Origin: Nitrospirota bacterium
GTDB taxonomy: Bacteria; Nitrospirota; Nitrospiria; Nitrospirales; NS-4
Direction of reading: 5' to 3'
Assembly: GCA_963788195.1 (NCBI GenBank)
Contig: CAWBGA010000002.1
Coordinates: forward strand, 352,001 to 416,000
Length of the DNA: 64,000 nucleotides
Translations under genes and position numbers: made by a program
The notes under the pieces: generated by a model
What the model was told of the DNA's origin: nothing
What the model saw: the letters and a program-made list of their open reading frames with translations, nothing else
Database searches by the model: none
Shown here: positions 31,424 through 42,742 of the stretch, piece after piece
How positions within the stretch are numbered: position 1 is the first letter of the stretch
Layout of the letters: each line of letters starts with the position of its first letter

Positions 31424-32661
31424 TCAATTGGCTACCCTACTCGGAATCACGCGGTAAATTTCTCCGCTTTGATGCTCGAGGAAATAGATCTCTCCCCGCG
31501 CATCCTCTCCAAAAGAGCTGATGCTGTGGCTTCCGCCGCTCGACGGGGGTGTCAGCTGCCGGGTGACATCCTGTAGGTTTGTCGCGCGGCCTTCGACAAG
31601 TCTGAAGGTCCGGATAAATCCCTTCATGTAGTCGGCGTAGAAATAGGTGCCGTGCAGGTTCGGCATCCGACAGCCGCGATACACGAAGCCCCCGGTAATG
31701 GCAGCGTGAGGAGCGGTAGGGTATTCGAGCACAGGTGTCGTCAGGCCATCGGTCGGGCACTTAACTGGAGGATTGAAGCAGTGAAGACCTTCCATATATC
31801 GCCAGCCATAATTCTCGCCGCCATGGCTCGATGCCGGCTGGACATCCACTTCTTCCCACATGTTCTGTCCGACATCGCCGATATAGACGTCGCCCGTGCC
31901 GCGATCGAATGAGAATCGCCACGGATTGCGCAGGCCATAGGCCCAAATTTCCGGTGCGGCGCCCTTCCTATTCATAAAGGGGTTGGAGGGAGGGATGGCA
32001 TAGGGCCGATCACCGACCCGCTTGTCCACATCAATGCGCAGAAGTTTGGCGAGGAGCGAACCGAGATCCTGGCCATGATTATCGGGGTCTCCTCCTGGAT
32101 CCTCCGTCACCGGTGCCGATGTAAAGAAAACGATCCGGACCAAAGGCTAATTGGCCGCCGTTGTGGTTCGCATACTTCCGATGGTCGATGGCCAAGAGCC
32201 GTCGTTCAGTAGAGGGATCCGCATGATCCGGATCATCGCCGCCTGTAAATTCGGAAATGATCAGATCGCCGGTTCGGTCCGTGTAATAGACGAAGAAGCG
32301 GCGGTTTTCGGCATAGCTCGGATGAAATGCAAGACTCAGCAACCCTCGCTCACCACCAGAACGGACCCGCTCCTGAATATCCAGAAACGGTTTTGACAGA
32401 GTCTTTCCATTCTGAAGAATACGGATGACCCCGGCCTGCTCCACGACATAGACCCGGTCCAACACGTTGGAGGGTGCCGTCAGATGGACCGGCTGCTTAA
32501 AGCCGTCCCCAACAAGTTCCGCCTCAAGGCGTTGTTCCATCCGCCGTGGGTACGCCCACGCACGAAGTTGCGGTCGCAGACAGCCGCCATCTTGACGGCG
32601 TAGATGCGAGAGGTACCAGGAGCATCACGGCAAGAAGGACTATGAATTTGATATGGCACAT
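31424..32661 (-). CDS. PQQ-dependent soluble glucose/sorbosone dehydrogenase family (frameshifted)
   Basis: ERGLLSLAFHP, NHNGGQLAFGPD, GLRNPWRFSFD, GDVGQ, NYGW, SSFGED. Confidence 0.92.
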
Positions 32662-32818
32662 GTATGGTCCGCCTGGACTTCCGATACAGCACCGACGCGG
32701 CTGCTTTCCCCTCCGGCGATGGATCTTCATCAGTTCTGCTGGCGGGAAACCTTGACAGGGTCGCATACGGCTCATTAATATACAACCGTCCCACGGTAGA
32801 TCATTGGCCCAAAGACGG

Positions 32819-32893
32819 GCGGGAATAGCTCAGTGGTAGAGCATCGCCTTGCCAAGGCGAGGGTCGAGGGTTCAAATCCCTTTTCCCGCTCCA
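32819..32893 (+). tRNA. tRNA-Gly(GCC)
   Basis: GCGGGAATAGCTCAGTGGTAGAGCA-TCGCC-TTGCCAA-GGCGA...GGTTCAAATCC...CCCGCTCCA; TTGACA promoter upstream at 32752. Confidence 0.97.
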
Positions 32894-33463
32894 GTCTTTC
32901 CATATCTCGTCTTCAGCAACTCCGGAAGCAAAGAGCAATCTCAGTATATCCACATAACTTATCCTGAATCTGTAAGGCGATAGCTTCCGACGTCTCCGCC
33001 GAAGCTTCATTCCTTAGTCAAGACACGGTGGAGACGCAGCGTAACCTGCTTGACTCGTTCGTTTCGCACTGTGGGCCTTTCATCTGCTGTTGACCACCGA
33101 ACAGCGCGGCCTGAATGTTGGGTCGTGTCTACGAAGCTTTGCCATATCCTGCAGATCGTTTGATTCAATCCAGAGGTCGCTGACCCGATCGGCCATGTAA
33201 CAAGCTCACCATTTGCTAGCGGCGGAGAGGGCAAGCCGATGGACGAATCGCGCCACATCGTCCCAGTATCTAAAAGCTTTCAACTAATTTAACGGTCCAC
33301 CCAGTGGATGGATGTACTCAATCATGTACACCCCGGCCGCCATGTCACCAAAGTTTGTTCGACATTTGCCGGGAATTGCTCAGATGATATATCTAATTGA
33401 TTACACTTAATGAAAATGGCTGCCAAACGTTGAAAAGTTACGGACACCGATTCGGGGTCGATT

Positions 33464-33479
33464 TGGCGGTGATCTTGCG
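33464..33479 (+). promoter_or_regulatory. Possible sigma-54 promoter upstream of the PilZ fusion gene
   Basis: TGGCGGTGATCTTGCG with GG-N10-GC spacing. Confidence 0.45.
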
Positions 33480-33623
33480 TACTTGTTATCCCGGCTACAG
33501 GTTGGTCCCTTGTGGGAGTTCTCGGAGAATCCCAGGGCAAAGATGTCACCTCCGGTTGCCGAGCGTAGCGATTGTCAATTTTTGGTCCCTAAACGATTGT
33601 TTATCGGATGGAGGTACCTTTAG

Positions 33624-36215
33624 ATGCGCAGTGAACGCCGCCGTTGGCCTCGCAGTCCGATCTCCTCTGACGCGCAATTGCTCCTCAATGATGCGCTCTG
33701 GCGTGGGAGCGCATTTGATATAAGCATCGGCGGGTTATCTCTTGTCTTTGATGATAGTTTCAGCGTATCGGAAAATCAGCAGATTCAACTCGGCCTCGCG
33801 GCCGAAGGCGGCGTTTTGCATCTTTCGGGACGTGTGCGAAGCGTGAGGCCCCATGACTTCTGATGAGGGCCTGGAACAATCACGGCTTGCCATTGAGTTT
33901 TCTGAGCTCGGTTCTGTGAAGCAGCAACTCTTAGCATCGTTCCTGGAGGGAATCCGCCAGAGCAGTGTTTCTGTCAATGTCATCGGGTTGATTGCCCCAA
34001 ACGACACGAAGGTCTTGGTGACGGCGCTAGCTACTCAGGAGCTGACCACCCCGGCATTTGATCAACAGAAAGGATCGCGGGAGCATCGCTTGGTGCCGCG
34101 GACCAGTATGAAGATGCGTGTGGCGCTTGGAGATGTGGACACCCATGTGCATCAGAAGGTCATTGAGACAGAAGCTTTGGATGTGAGCGCGACGGGAATT
34201 TCAGTGCAGTATCCAACCGGGCTCGTGGCGCCCGGTAACCACGTAAGTCTCCGTCTTTTTCCGGAAGAGCACGGCTTCTGAGACTGGTCTCCCGATGGGG
34301 GAGGTGGAGATGGTTATGCCTGAGAGGACAGGTGGCCTGGGTGGCGGCGTCAGGCGACCGGATAGGCCTTCAATTTCTTCCGGGTAATAGTAAAGCAAAG
34401 CAACATATTGCTCAACTCGTGCAGCACGCCCTCATTGCTAGTGAGCTCTGATGAGGCGCAGCCGGCTGCGCTGGAGATCGTCAGCACGCACTTGGAATTT
34501 CACAATGAGCTCGGGCAACGTATTTCCGCCTATCATGATCGGCTTGAAGAGGCGTTGCCTAACGCGCCTGTAGCAGTCATCGCCCCTGGGTATGGTGAGA
34601 CGAAGAAGGAATACATTGCGCTGTCTTATCATTTGGCGTGCAATGGTTTTCAAGTGCTTCGGTACGATCATACCAACCATGTCGGCGAAAGTGAGGGGGA
34701 CCATATCCACTCCACGCTTGGTCGAATGCAACGCGATCTTGTCTGCACTCTGAACTATGTGCAGAGCGCAATGGCCGCAATGTCCGCTTGTCGTGATCGC
34801 TGCAAACCTCGCCGGCCGCGTGCTTATGAAAGTAGCGGCGCATGATCGTCACATCAACCTGGTCGTGCTGCTCGGGGGCGTCATGGATGTCCGACAGACT
34901 CTATTGACCGTGCATCAAGATGATCTCTTGAAAAAGTATCTTTCAGGGGTGCGTCACGGGGTCATCAATATGCTCGGGTTGAACCTCCAGGTGGATCGCT
35001 GGTTGGAGAATGCCGCGACCGAGGGTTACGCGGACTTGGCCACGACACTCCGGGATGTTGCACTCGCTCAGGCACCGATGGTCCTGTTCGCCGCTGAGCA
35101 AGATGCGTGGGTGAACTTGGACTCGGTCAAGCGAGTGAGCCGTGAGATCGGGCCTCAGCGAGCGCATCTGGTCGTGATCCCGGAGACTGTTGCAGCGTTT
35201 GCCAGAACATCCTCGCAAGGCGGGCGCAACGTTTCGCGAGATTGTCGGCGTATGTGTCACCCGACTCAAAGGAACTGTTCCGGACGCTGGGCTCAAGCGA
35301 GCCGGGTGAAGGGCAGATCCGCCGCCAGGACCGATTCGAAATGCGAGAGTGGCCGGGCGCAGCACCACAGGGAACTCAAGACCAATGTGGAATTCTGGAA
35401 GGACTATTTAAGCCGCTTTCAATTCGTCGTGAATATTCATGATTATTGGCAACTGCTTGATCACGTGCATCGATTATTGGGTCTCGATGAGGTGGGGGCG
35501 GAATCAAGCGGGAGTACGCGTGCTCGATGCCGGCTGCGGAAACGGACATTTCGGCATGTTCTTGAAGGTAAACCAAGAGTATCGAGCTCTGAAGGGCGAC
35601 AATAAAGTGTCGCTGATTCGCTATACGGGGCTGGACTTCGTGCCCGCAGGGTTAGCAGAAGCCAAACGCTCCCTTGAAGAAGAGCAGCAGGTGGCGGCCG
35701 GAAGGCTCTTGGACGCTTCCTTCGTGTGCAGCGATTTGAACGCGCCTCTGCCGTTTGCGAATGAGCAATTCGATCGGGTCGTGTGTAACCTCGTTGTCGG
35801 TCATTTAGACAATGCATCCTTCACGATCAGTGAGTTCTTGCGCGTGTTGAGTCCAGGCGGAAAGTTGATCCTCACAAATTTGAAGCCAGACTCTGACATG
35901 TCGCAAATCTACCGAAATTTCCAGCGGCAAACGGAAAATCCAGACGATGTCGAGGAGGCCAGGGAGTTGCTGAATAACTCAGCAGACATCAGACAAGCTG
36001 AGACAGAGGGTGTCTTTCGTTTTTTGGACCGTCAGGAGTTCGCGATGCTGCTTCTGAGCGCAGGTGCTGAGGATGTCCGCATTTTTAAGACTTTTGCGGA
36101 GCAGGCCTATATTGCGGTTGCGCACAAGTCTGGATCTGAGGCGTTTACCGCGAAGATTGCTGTTTCTGACGATGCTTCTATTCCGGAATCAGCGGGGGTG
36201 AGGGCTCACATCTGA
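33624..36215 (+). CDS. Multidomain PilZ-PilZ-LuxD-like alpha/beta hydrolase-class I SAM methyltransferase (multiple frameshifts)
   Basis: RRWPR/DISIGG and RLVPR/DVSATG (PilZ); IAPGYGE...NGFQVLRYDHTNHVGESEG (LuxD-like); VLDAGCGNG (MTase motif I). Confidence 0.8.
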
Positions 36216-36227
36216 ACAAGGCGAGGC

Positions 36228-36578
36228 TTAGTTCTTAAAGGGCGTATGGCGCTTGGGTGGCTCCTCAGAGGTGTCAGGAGAAGAGCTTGGTATAGGGGAT
36301 TTTCCTCGGCAGAAGTGCCACGTCCAATTCGTCAGTGCGCCGTGGGAATATCTCATGACATAGTCGATGCACAAGGGTTTCACGTGTCCTCCCCTGTACA
36401 GGTATTCCGTCCCATCCGGGTCTTTCTCATCAAAAACATTTTCAGCGTAGGGAGGACCCAGTTCGAGGTCCAGTTGTGCCTTGGTGTTCAGAGACAGCAG
36501 ATAAAACGCCGGCTTTGCCATCGATATGGTGGAGTACATAAGGATTAACGCTACAGCGCCCAACAACAAGTGCTTCAT
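36228..36578 (-). CDS. Small exported hypothetical protein
   Basis: Signal peptide MKHLLLGAVALIL...SMA; paired Cys. Confidence 0.6.
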   Translation of the reverse strand: MKHLLLGAVALILMYSTISMAKPAFYLLSLNTKAQLDLELGPPYAENVFDEKDPDGTEYLYRGGHVKPLCIDYVMRYSHGALTNWTWHFCRGKSPIPSSSPDTSEEPPKRHTPFKN

Positions 36579-36809
36579 GGCCACTGAACGCGTACTCCCG
36601 TGGATATACGGCATACATAAATATCATATCCTAGAGCATTTTACCAGTATTCGTATATGGCCTGCACAGCTGAGCTATACGCTCGCCACACGATCTCTTC
36701 AGGTTCCTCAGGCGTAATGGCACGTGATGGATTTGCCGGAAGGCGGCACAAAGCGTAGCGAAAGCCCCATTCCGGGGGTCACACAGACAGCGGTCTTAGC
36801 ATCAATGCA

Positions 36810-38266
36810 TCACTGTGATTGGGGATGGACATTTTGGGAAACCAGACGCCATGCTCCCTGCTGCTTGACATAAAGGTTGGTGTAGCGATGTTGCCCGCTG
36901 ATATCCTGCTCCTTGTAACGGCCTTTGACTGTATATCTGCCTGTCACCAAGACCGCGTCGCCATAGACACGGACCTTGGCCTCGTCGATTTCTATCGACT
37001 TGAAGGCGAAGTCGCCTGATGCAATTTCCGCCAGGTATTGGGGTTTGTTCAAGACTTCGATGTTCCAGGCCGTGGCGATTCCATTGTCCGCCATGGCCCG
37101 CTCGAGACTCCGTGTGTCACGGCGCACGAGAGCGCTTGCCCAATCACGGTCTAACTTGAGCACTTCTTGAACCGGACGAACAGGCTTCTCCGGGGGCGCA
37201 AGCGTCTGTACTTCCTGAGGAGGCGCGGCTTTTTTAGAAATGAAAGTGACATTCCCGTCGGGCGTAAATTCAGCTTTAATCTTGTCCCCTATTTTGTAAG
37301 TGCCCTCGACCTTCGTGTCTTTCGTAAGCCTTAGTTGAACATTTTTGCCAGGCCCGTCCGCCACTGTATAGACATCGCCGTCTGCCTTAATTAGCTCTCC
37401 CTCTAGAGCGTATCCGGCGGGCGATCTCTTAATGCCCGTGACGTGTAGGTCAGACGAGATTTGAGCCTCGATCCATTCACCTACCAAGGATTTGCCATTC
37501 TCATCGGTCGCAGCGTCCAGAGGAGCGCTGACGCGAACTTCCTTGCTTGGTGCTGACTCAATGACGTAAAAGCCCTTTTCAATTTTCAATAACTTGCCCT
37601 TGAGAATCTCCGTTTCCGTCTTCAATTCATCAAGCACTCGGGCTGTGGAGGGATCCTTTCCCCGCGCGGGCTCAATCCTTGGGACCCCCACAGGTGCTGA
37701 GCTCGCGCGTGATGGGGCATCTTTACCCGTTATCACGCCCGTGCCGCCCCAGTGGCCGGGATGGAGCTGGCAATAATACCTGTACACCGAGACTGACTGC
37801 TCGAAATCTTCCAACGAAACCGAGATGGCGACTTCGTCGCCGGGCTTGATGATCTGCTTGATTTTTAATGCATCAATGGCGAATCCATGGTCGCCATCGA
37901 GTCTGTTCAACAGCCGAAAGGTAACGACCTTCGAAGCTCGGAATTCCCTCACATCAATATCGCCGCCACCCAGCCATAGTTTGACACCTTCAATTTCAAC
38001 GGCGACGAATCGCAGCTCTGTCCTGACTTGGTTGGCAGGCGCCTCCGGTGTCAGATTGGGTGCAGACAGGGGTGAGTGCGCCGATGGGGCGATGTGACCT
38101 GCGTGCCCGGGGTCGATTTTGAGCGCGGAGGCCCTAGGGGGGCGTCGGCAGCGGCATACGGCAAGTCGCCTATGAGTCCCAGGGTGCCCATGAGCCCGAT
38201 GGCGAGGATGGCCGGCCCAAGGGTCAACGCATCAGTCTTGGGTGAAGCAGGCTGCCTTTGCTCCAT
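36810..38266 (-). CDS. Exported cupredoxin-like + two beta-barrel repeats + DUF4440/SnoaL-like protein (frameshift near 38050)
   Basis: HGFAID...YYCQLHPGH; repeated G.L.K..G..Y.(I/V); VRVYGDAVLV...RYTNLYVKQQGAWRLV. Confidence 0.7.
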
Positions 38267-38441
38267 GAGAAGAAAGCCTCCATTGGTTGAAGCGCCAAAA
38301 GCCCTCATATTGATCATTTCCGTCGGTCCTGACAACATGTTTGTTAGTAGCTCCGTGTCCACAAAAGAGGTAGAGATTTGTAAACTAGAGCCTCCTCCAT
38401 AGCTAAGTAGATCTACTGCCTGCTACGAAAGGAGCCTGCCA

Positions 38442-38836
38442 ATGGACGAGTCCGCGGCATAGTAATCATTGTGCTCTTTGCGTGCGCGGCCCCGGCAGTC
38501 GCTGTTGCCGAATCGAATTTTAGTATTCCCGCAGGGGCGTCGAGCTCGTCACATGGCTTTAGTACCCCTGCCGGCGCTCAGTCCAACGGGCCTTTCGTTT
38601 CCTCTAGCGGATTCAGCATCCCCGCGGGCTCTGCCAGCAATATGGCGGTGCGCGGGCAGGTCACAGATATTCAAGGCGACACCTACATCGTGCGGGATGA
38701 GTACGGCCGAGAGGTGCGGGTGCAGCCGGGCAAGGATATCCGGATTTGATTACACGCCGCGACTGGGAGATAACATTGAGGCCCAGCTTAATAACGGCCG
38801 TGCCACCTCTGTGCTCAGGGCCCCGGGAACGAGTGA
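38442..38836 (+). CDS. Exported protein with three FS(I/T)PAG repeats and a beta-barrel domain (frameshifted; end uncertain)
   Basis: AAGGAG RBS; signal peptide; GQVTDIQGDTYIVRDEYGREVRV...LGDNIEA. Confidence 0.55.
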
Positions 38837-38901
38837 GGGAGTCAGGAGCGTCGGCGGGCGAAGGTTCGGCTGCCGGAAAATGATTCCAGTCCAGATCCTG
38901 A

Positions 38902-39399
38902 CTATTTCTCGGAATCTTTCGGCCTTGCTTCTGGGACCGGTTCCGATTTGCGGGAGGCATCGGGGGCGAGAGTCACATTAAATTGACCGCATTCGGTTTT
39001 CTGTAGAGTTTGCTTTAAAGTCCTCTTGTGCTCTTCAGGGTAACTCAGCGAGTCAATCTGAGCGGCCAGAATCTGTTGAGCTCCGCTGCCCCATCCCCAG
39101 TGAAGGTTTTCGACATCAGCTTCGATGAACGTCGGTCGCTTCGTCTTTTCGTTTTGAACCAAATGCCACACGCAACCGGTACCGGTGTCGATCAAAAAAA
39201 GGCTGCCCGGCCCCCCTGACGCCGGGACGAGTTGATAGCGGCCTACAGCCTGCGTGGTTGTTACGGTTGGTGTCGCACTGTCGATTTTTCGCGGTGCATC
39301 CTTGCCCACTGTGGGCGGAGTGGTACAGCCCGCCCATGTGACAGCCAGAAATAAGATCCCTGGAACAAAAATGTGCAGCAGTTGTTTGCTAGGGACCAT
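38902..39399 (-). CDS. Lipoprotein, hypothetical
   Basis: WAGC lipobox; GRYQL...LIDTGTGCVW. Confidence 0.7.
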   Translation of the reverse strand: MVPSKQLLHIFVPGILFLAVTWAGCTTPPTVGKDAPRKIDSATPTVTTTQAVGRYQLVPASGGPGSLFLIDTGTGCVWHLVQNEKTKRPTFIEADVENLHWGWGSGAQQILAAQIDSLSYPEEHKRTLKQTLQKTECGQFNVTLAPDASRKSEPVPEARPKDSEK

Positions 39400-39727
39400 T
39401 GGCTCCGGCCTCGATGTTGCGAAAGGATACCTCTTACGCAGCGTGGCTTCAAGTCACTGTCCTTTTTCAGGATCGGCGGGACATAACCCGTCGGTCCAAG
39501 ATAATGCAACCTTTGACTTCCCCAAGCAGCTCATAGGGTAGCCATTTGTCAATGTAACCCAGACCATGGCAACTGGGACAGTTGGTTCTGGTTGGAAGAG
39601 GGCAGCGGCAAAAAATGCGAACGAATACTTCCATGGTCACCGTGTTGCGCGGACGCCAAGCGGCCCGGCCGTGTAACAGGCTACAGTGGGGGAGTATGGC
39701 GAGAAATACCTTCTTTAGTAGGCAAGG

Positions 39728-40137
39728 CTACTGGCCTTGAGCCCAATTCACGGTCATAATCAGGCGTTGTGGATCTAACGGTTTGGCGATATACACATCG
39801 GCGGCATGCTCGAAACTCTCGTCAATAGCCTCCTCGGAAAAAGGTCCAAGCACGGCGATAGGAATATTCTTCAGATTCTGATCTTGCTTGATGGCCGTCA
39901 AAAGATCGATCCCACTGTTCATAGCAAAGGTAGATCAAGCAGGATCAAATCCGGGCGGGACGCATCATGAAATTCCCCTTCGCGGCGCAGTAAGGCCAAT
40001 GTCTCCGCACCCTTGGCCACCCGAAGGTGGACCGGGATGTTTGCTTCCGCGAGTGCCGTGCCTGCCCTCTCTAACTCTTCTGGGTTTTCCTCGACCAGGA
40101 GGATTTCAAATAATGTCGGGTGGTTGGAATTGAGCAT
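39728..40137 (-). CDS. Single-domain response regulator (Rcp1-like; frameshifted)
   Basis: EILLVEEN...RPDLILLDL / SGIDLL..IK.D..LKNIP...YIAKP. Confidence 0.8.
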
Positions 40138-40160
40138 TTGGAGATACTCGTGAAAGTTGC

Positions 40161-40770
40161 TCAAAGCAACAAGACACGGACCAGAATGCCGGTCCGTGAC
40201 GTGCTTTTTGTTTTTGCCATGATTCTCTGAAGGTGTTCCTTCACAGTCTGTTCCGCTACTTTGAGCTCGTAAGCAATCGCTTTGTTCGACCATCCTTTTA
40301 ATAGATGCTGCATGACCTGCACTTCGCGTTGCGTGAGTCCGAAAATATTTTTCGCTTGGAGAGCGGCGGCTTCCTCCCCGCGTCCGATCTGCTCCACCAA
40401 GATCAGTAGGCGTGACGCCTTCGGGGTCTTCGGCCGGAAGTCCGAATGCACACACCGAAAGCGAACCGTTAGGGCCGGTGATGGGCTTGCGAACAAGTGG
40501 TGAATCCAGGGGCTTCTTCGGGTCGCGTTCTTTGAGAGCCGTGATGGCCTTCGCGCCCAGCTCTTTCAGGGCTTTAGGAATCCGGCCGCTGTACTCCTTC
40601 CCCCCCGGCTTTGTGCCTTGGTATGCATTAAACCGTCGGCACAATTCCCACGCCCGACAATCTGCCCAGACAACTTTCATCGCGGCATCAAACATGAAGA
40701 CACCTGGACAAGCGCGGTTTTCAGCGATGCGTGAAAAAAAATCTTTCGCTGAATCCACTGTCTCAGTCAT
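40161..40770 (-). CDS. LuxR-HTH regulator with PAS-like N-terminus (frameshifted)
   Basis: FGLTQREVQVMQHLLKGWSNKAIAYELKVAEQTVKEHL. Confidence 0.85.
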
Positions 40771-41016
40771 CCACTGGCTGGGGCAGTCCCTCAACGTAGG
40801 GTTAACAAAAGCCCTGCATGGGCACAATGGACAAAATAGCCGAATCCTTGTGAAAAAAGTCGCAATTGAGTTTGAACGTGACAACGTAGCGGGTGCGAGC
40901 TCTGCCGCGTGCGTGAGCTGATCTATCCTTCAGCCGATTTAGTAGGATGTCGGTGTCGGAGGGAAGAAGGACCCTGTTTTGGCAAAGACGCCGAACGCTG
41001 GAGGAAGAGTTCGTCC

Positions 41017-41150
41017 GGGGGGAAAAGGAGTCTCTGTCCGGGGCACCCCTTGCCTCCAGTAGCAGGGGGTGAGTACTCCGGGGCGGTTGGGTGCGATGGG
41101 GCAAAGGAGGTTGTCTTGGCAAACTCCAGGGCGGGGGGGTGTCGAATGGG
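41017..41150. repeat. Inverted-orientation copy of the CCAAGA-loop repeat cluster
   Basis: Reverse complement contains GGAGTTTG-CCAAGA-CAACCTCC and GGAGTACTC...GGCAAGGGGTGCCCCGGACA...CTCCTTTTCCCC as at 28255-28318. Confidence 0.85.
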
Positions 41151-41286
41151 CCAGGGGAGCTCAGGCGGGGCCAGGAGCCACTGTGGCGATCCGGATGGCA
41201 GGAGCCTTAAAGTTTTGCCACCGGGGTGGCGATACAGTATGGAAGAAGCACTAACGGCAAGGCATTCACTAGACCCAGGGGCGAAG

Positions 41287-41667
41287 ATGAACATCTTTCG
41301 AGTAGGCATCCTTCTAATTATGGTCGTGGCCGCTGGCTGTGAAACGACCGGGACCACCGCCGCCAACGATGACAGCGCCATCGCAAAAATTAAAGTCGGG
41401 ACCTCTCGAAAACCCGATGTCCGCCGGCTTCTGGGAGAGCCATCCGTCGCATATCATAATCTGTTAATACAGGGGAAAACCAATGATGTTTGGTCCTACC
41501 GCTATTCACACCGTCAGAAGGACCCGTATACACTTGTACCTATTTTGAATTTTTACTCAGCCCAAGGTACCTTAGAAGAATCGTCTGTGAACGTTTTCTT
41601 CGATCCCGTTGGCACTGTCACCGACGTGCAGATCGCGCGCCATAAACTGTCGAGTCATCCGCGCTGA
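41287..41667 (+). CDS. BamE/SmpA-like lipoprotein
   Basis: AAGC lipobox; IKVG.S.KPDVRRLLGEP, W.Y.Y, V.FD..G.V. Confidence 0.75.
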   Translation: MNIFRVGILLIMVVAAGCETTGTTAANDDSAIAKIKVGTSRKPDVRRLLGEPSVAYHNLLIQGKTNDVWSYRYSHRQKDPYTLVPILNFYSAQGTLEESSVNVFFDPVGTVTDVQIARHKLSSHPR

Positions 41668-41792
41668 CCTCTTTTTTTTCGCCTCCCGACCCACTATTGA
41701 AGCACGCCAGTACCGATGGGGAATATCCCTAGTTACCCAAGGAGTACATCTTACGTCCCTCAGCCTTTGAAGAAGGATTGGAGGGAGGGGCC

Positions 41793-42014
41793 GTGGGATT
41801 CTCGCTCAGCAAGCTCTTTAGTCGCCCGACAAAACAGCTCCGGATAGGACGAATCCTTCAAGGCCGTAATTCAATCCAAATACTATGCCCGGTGTGTCAC
41901 CGGCACCAACCCTCGTTGACCAGTTCAGGGTTGGTCATTCCTTATGATCCACGGGTTGTGCGCGGAGCAATCTGGACGTGTGAACAATGCAACAAGGGGT
42001 TTCTTCTCACGTAA
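41793..42014 (+). CDS. Small zinc-ribbon protein
   Basis: GGAGGG RBS; CPVC...CEQC. Confidence 0.55.
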   Translation: MGFSLSKLFSRPTKQLRIGRILQGRNSIQILCPVCHRHQPSLTSSGLVIPYDPRVVRGAIWTCEQCNKGFLLT

Positions 42015-42240
42015 CCTTCGTAGCCATCTGCCCCAATTGTCTTCAATCTGCATCATGCGGGTGACAATTCCTCGCTTTTTGCATCTGAGTTACAACGTGC
42101 CCTGCATAGCGCGCGCACGTAACTTCACTCTTTCGCAGATTGCCGCGTTATCCTTATCTAGCAAACTGACTGTCTGAACCTGCATGCGCGCTAGCCGAGA
42201 TCGTGCACTCACATCAGCAGACTTTGACCGGGAGCCGTGA

Positions 42241-42560
42241 TCAGAGAATCACTATAGTGTGCGTAGAACCGGTTTCGCGAGTGAAGGAGTTTTGTTTGTA
42301 GTCTCTCATGAGTCGGTCGAAGACCTTAGACACGTCAGTCAGACATTTCCTCTCAACTTCTCCCACCGGAATTTTTTCGATATCGGCTCCAGTCAGGTTT
42401 CGTCCGTTCCCTACAGACAGAAACCAGAAGAAGAATAGTGTTGAGTTAATTAGTGCACCAACAAACTTGCCGTAGCCTTCATCCAACATAATTAAGTCTC
42501 GGAAGTGATGATCCGAACGCGTCCGGGTTGGACTTTTGAAGTATTGCTCGAAGTCCATGG
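42241..42560 (-). pseudogene. Fragment resembling the C-terminal target-recognition region of a type IIG/Eco57I-like DNA methyltransferase
   Basis: ALINSTLFFFWF...GRNLT..DI..IP...LM.D...NS pattern; no catalytic motifs nearby. Confidence 0.5.
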
Positions 42561-42742
42561 TTATTGTGGCGCTATAACATCTTTCGTATGTCAGGGATTC
42601 CCCGACAGACAAATTCTTAGGATTGTGCAAGCATTGCGGGCCCTGCGTTCCCCATTAAAGCAGCGCGGCCTGCGTTTTTTGAAGTCTCCCGAGCATCGGT
42701 GGCCACGGTTGCGGCCACATAATACAGACAAGGAGTATTGAT

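Noticed and set aside
22658..32661. Pseudogene or programmed-frameshift calls for thyX, pgi and neighbours
   Set aside because: Motifs are intact and the breaks are scattered without shared slippery sites; sequencing error is more parsimonious.
32894..33330. Integrase or att site next to tRNA-Gly
   Set aside because: No tyrosine or serine recombinase motifs and no duplicated tRNA 3' end found by eye.
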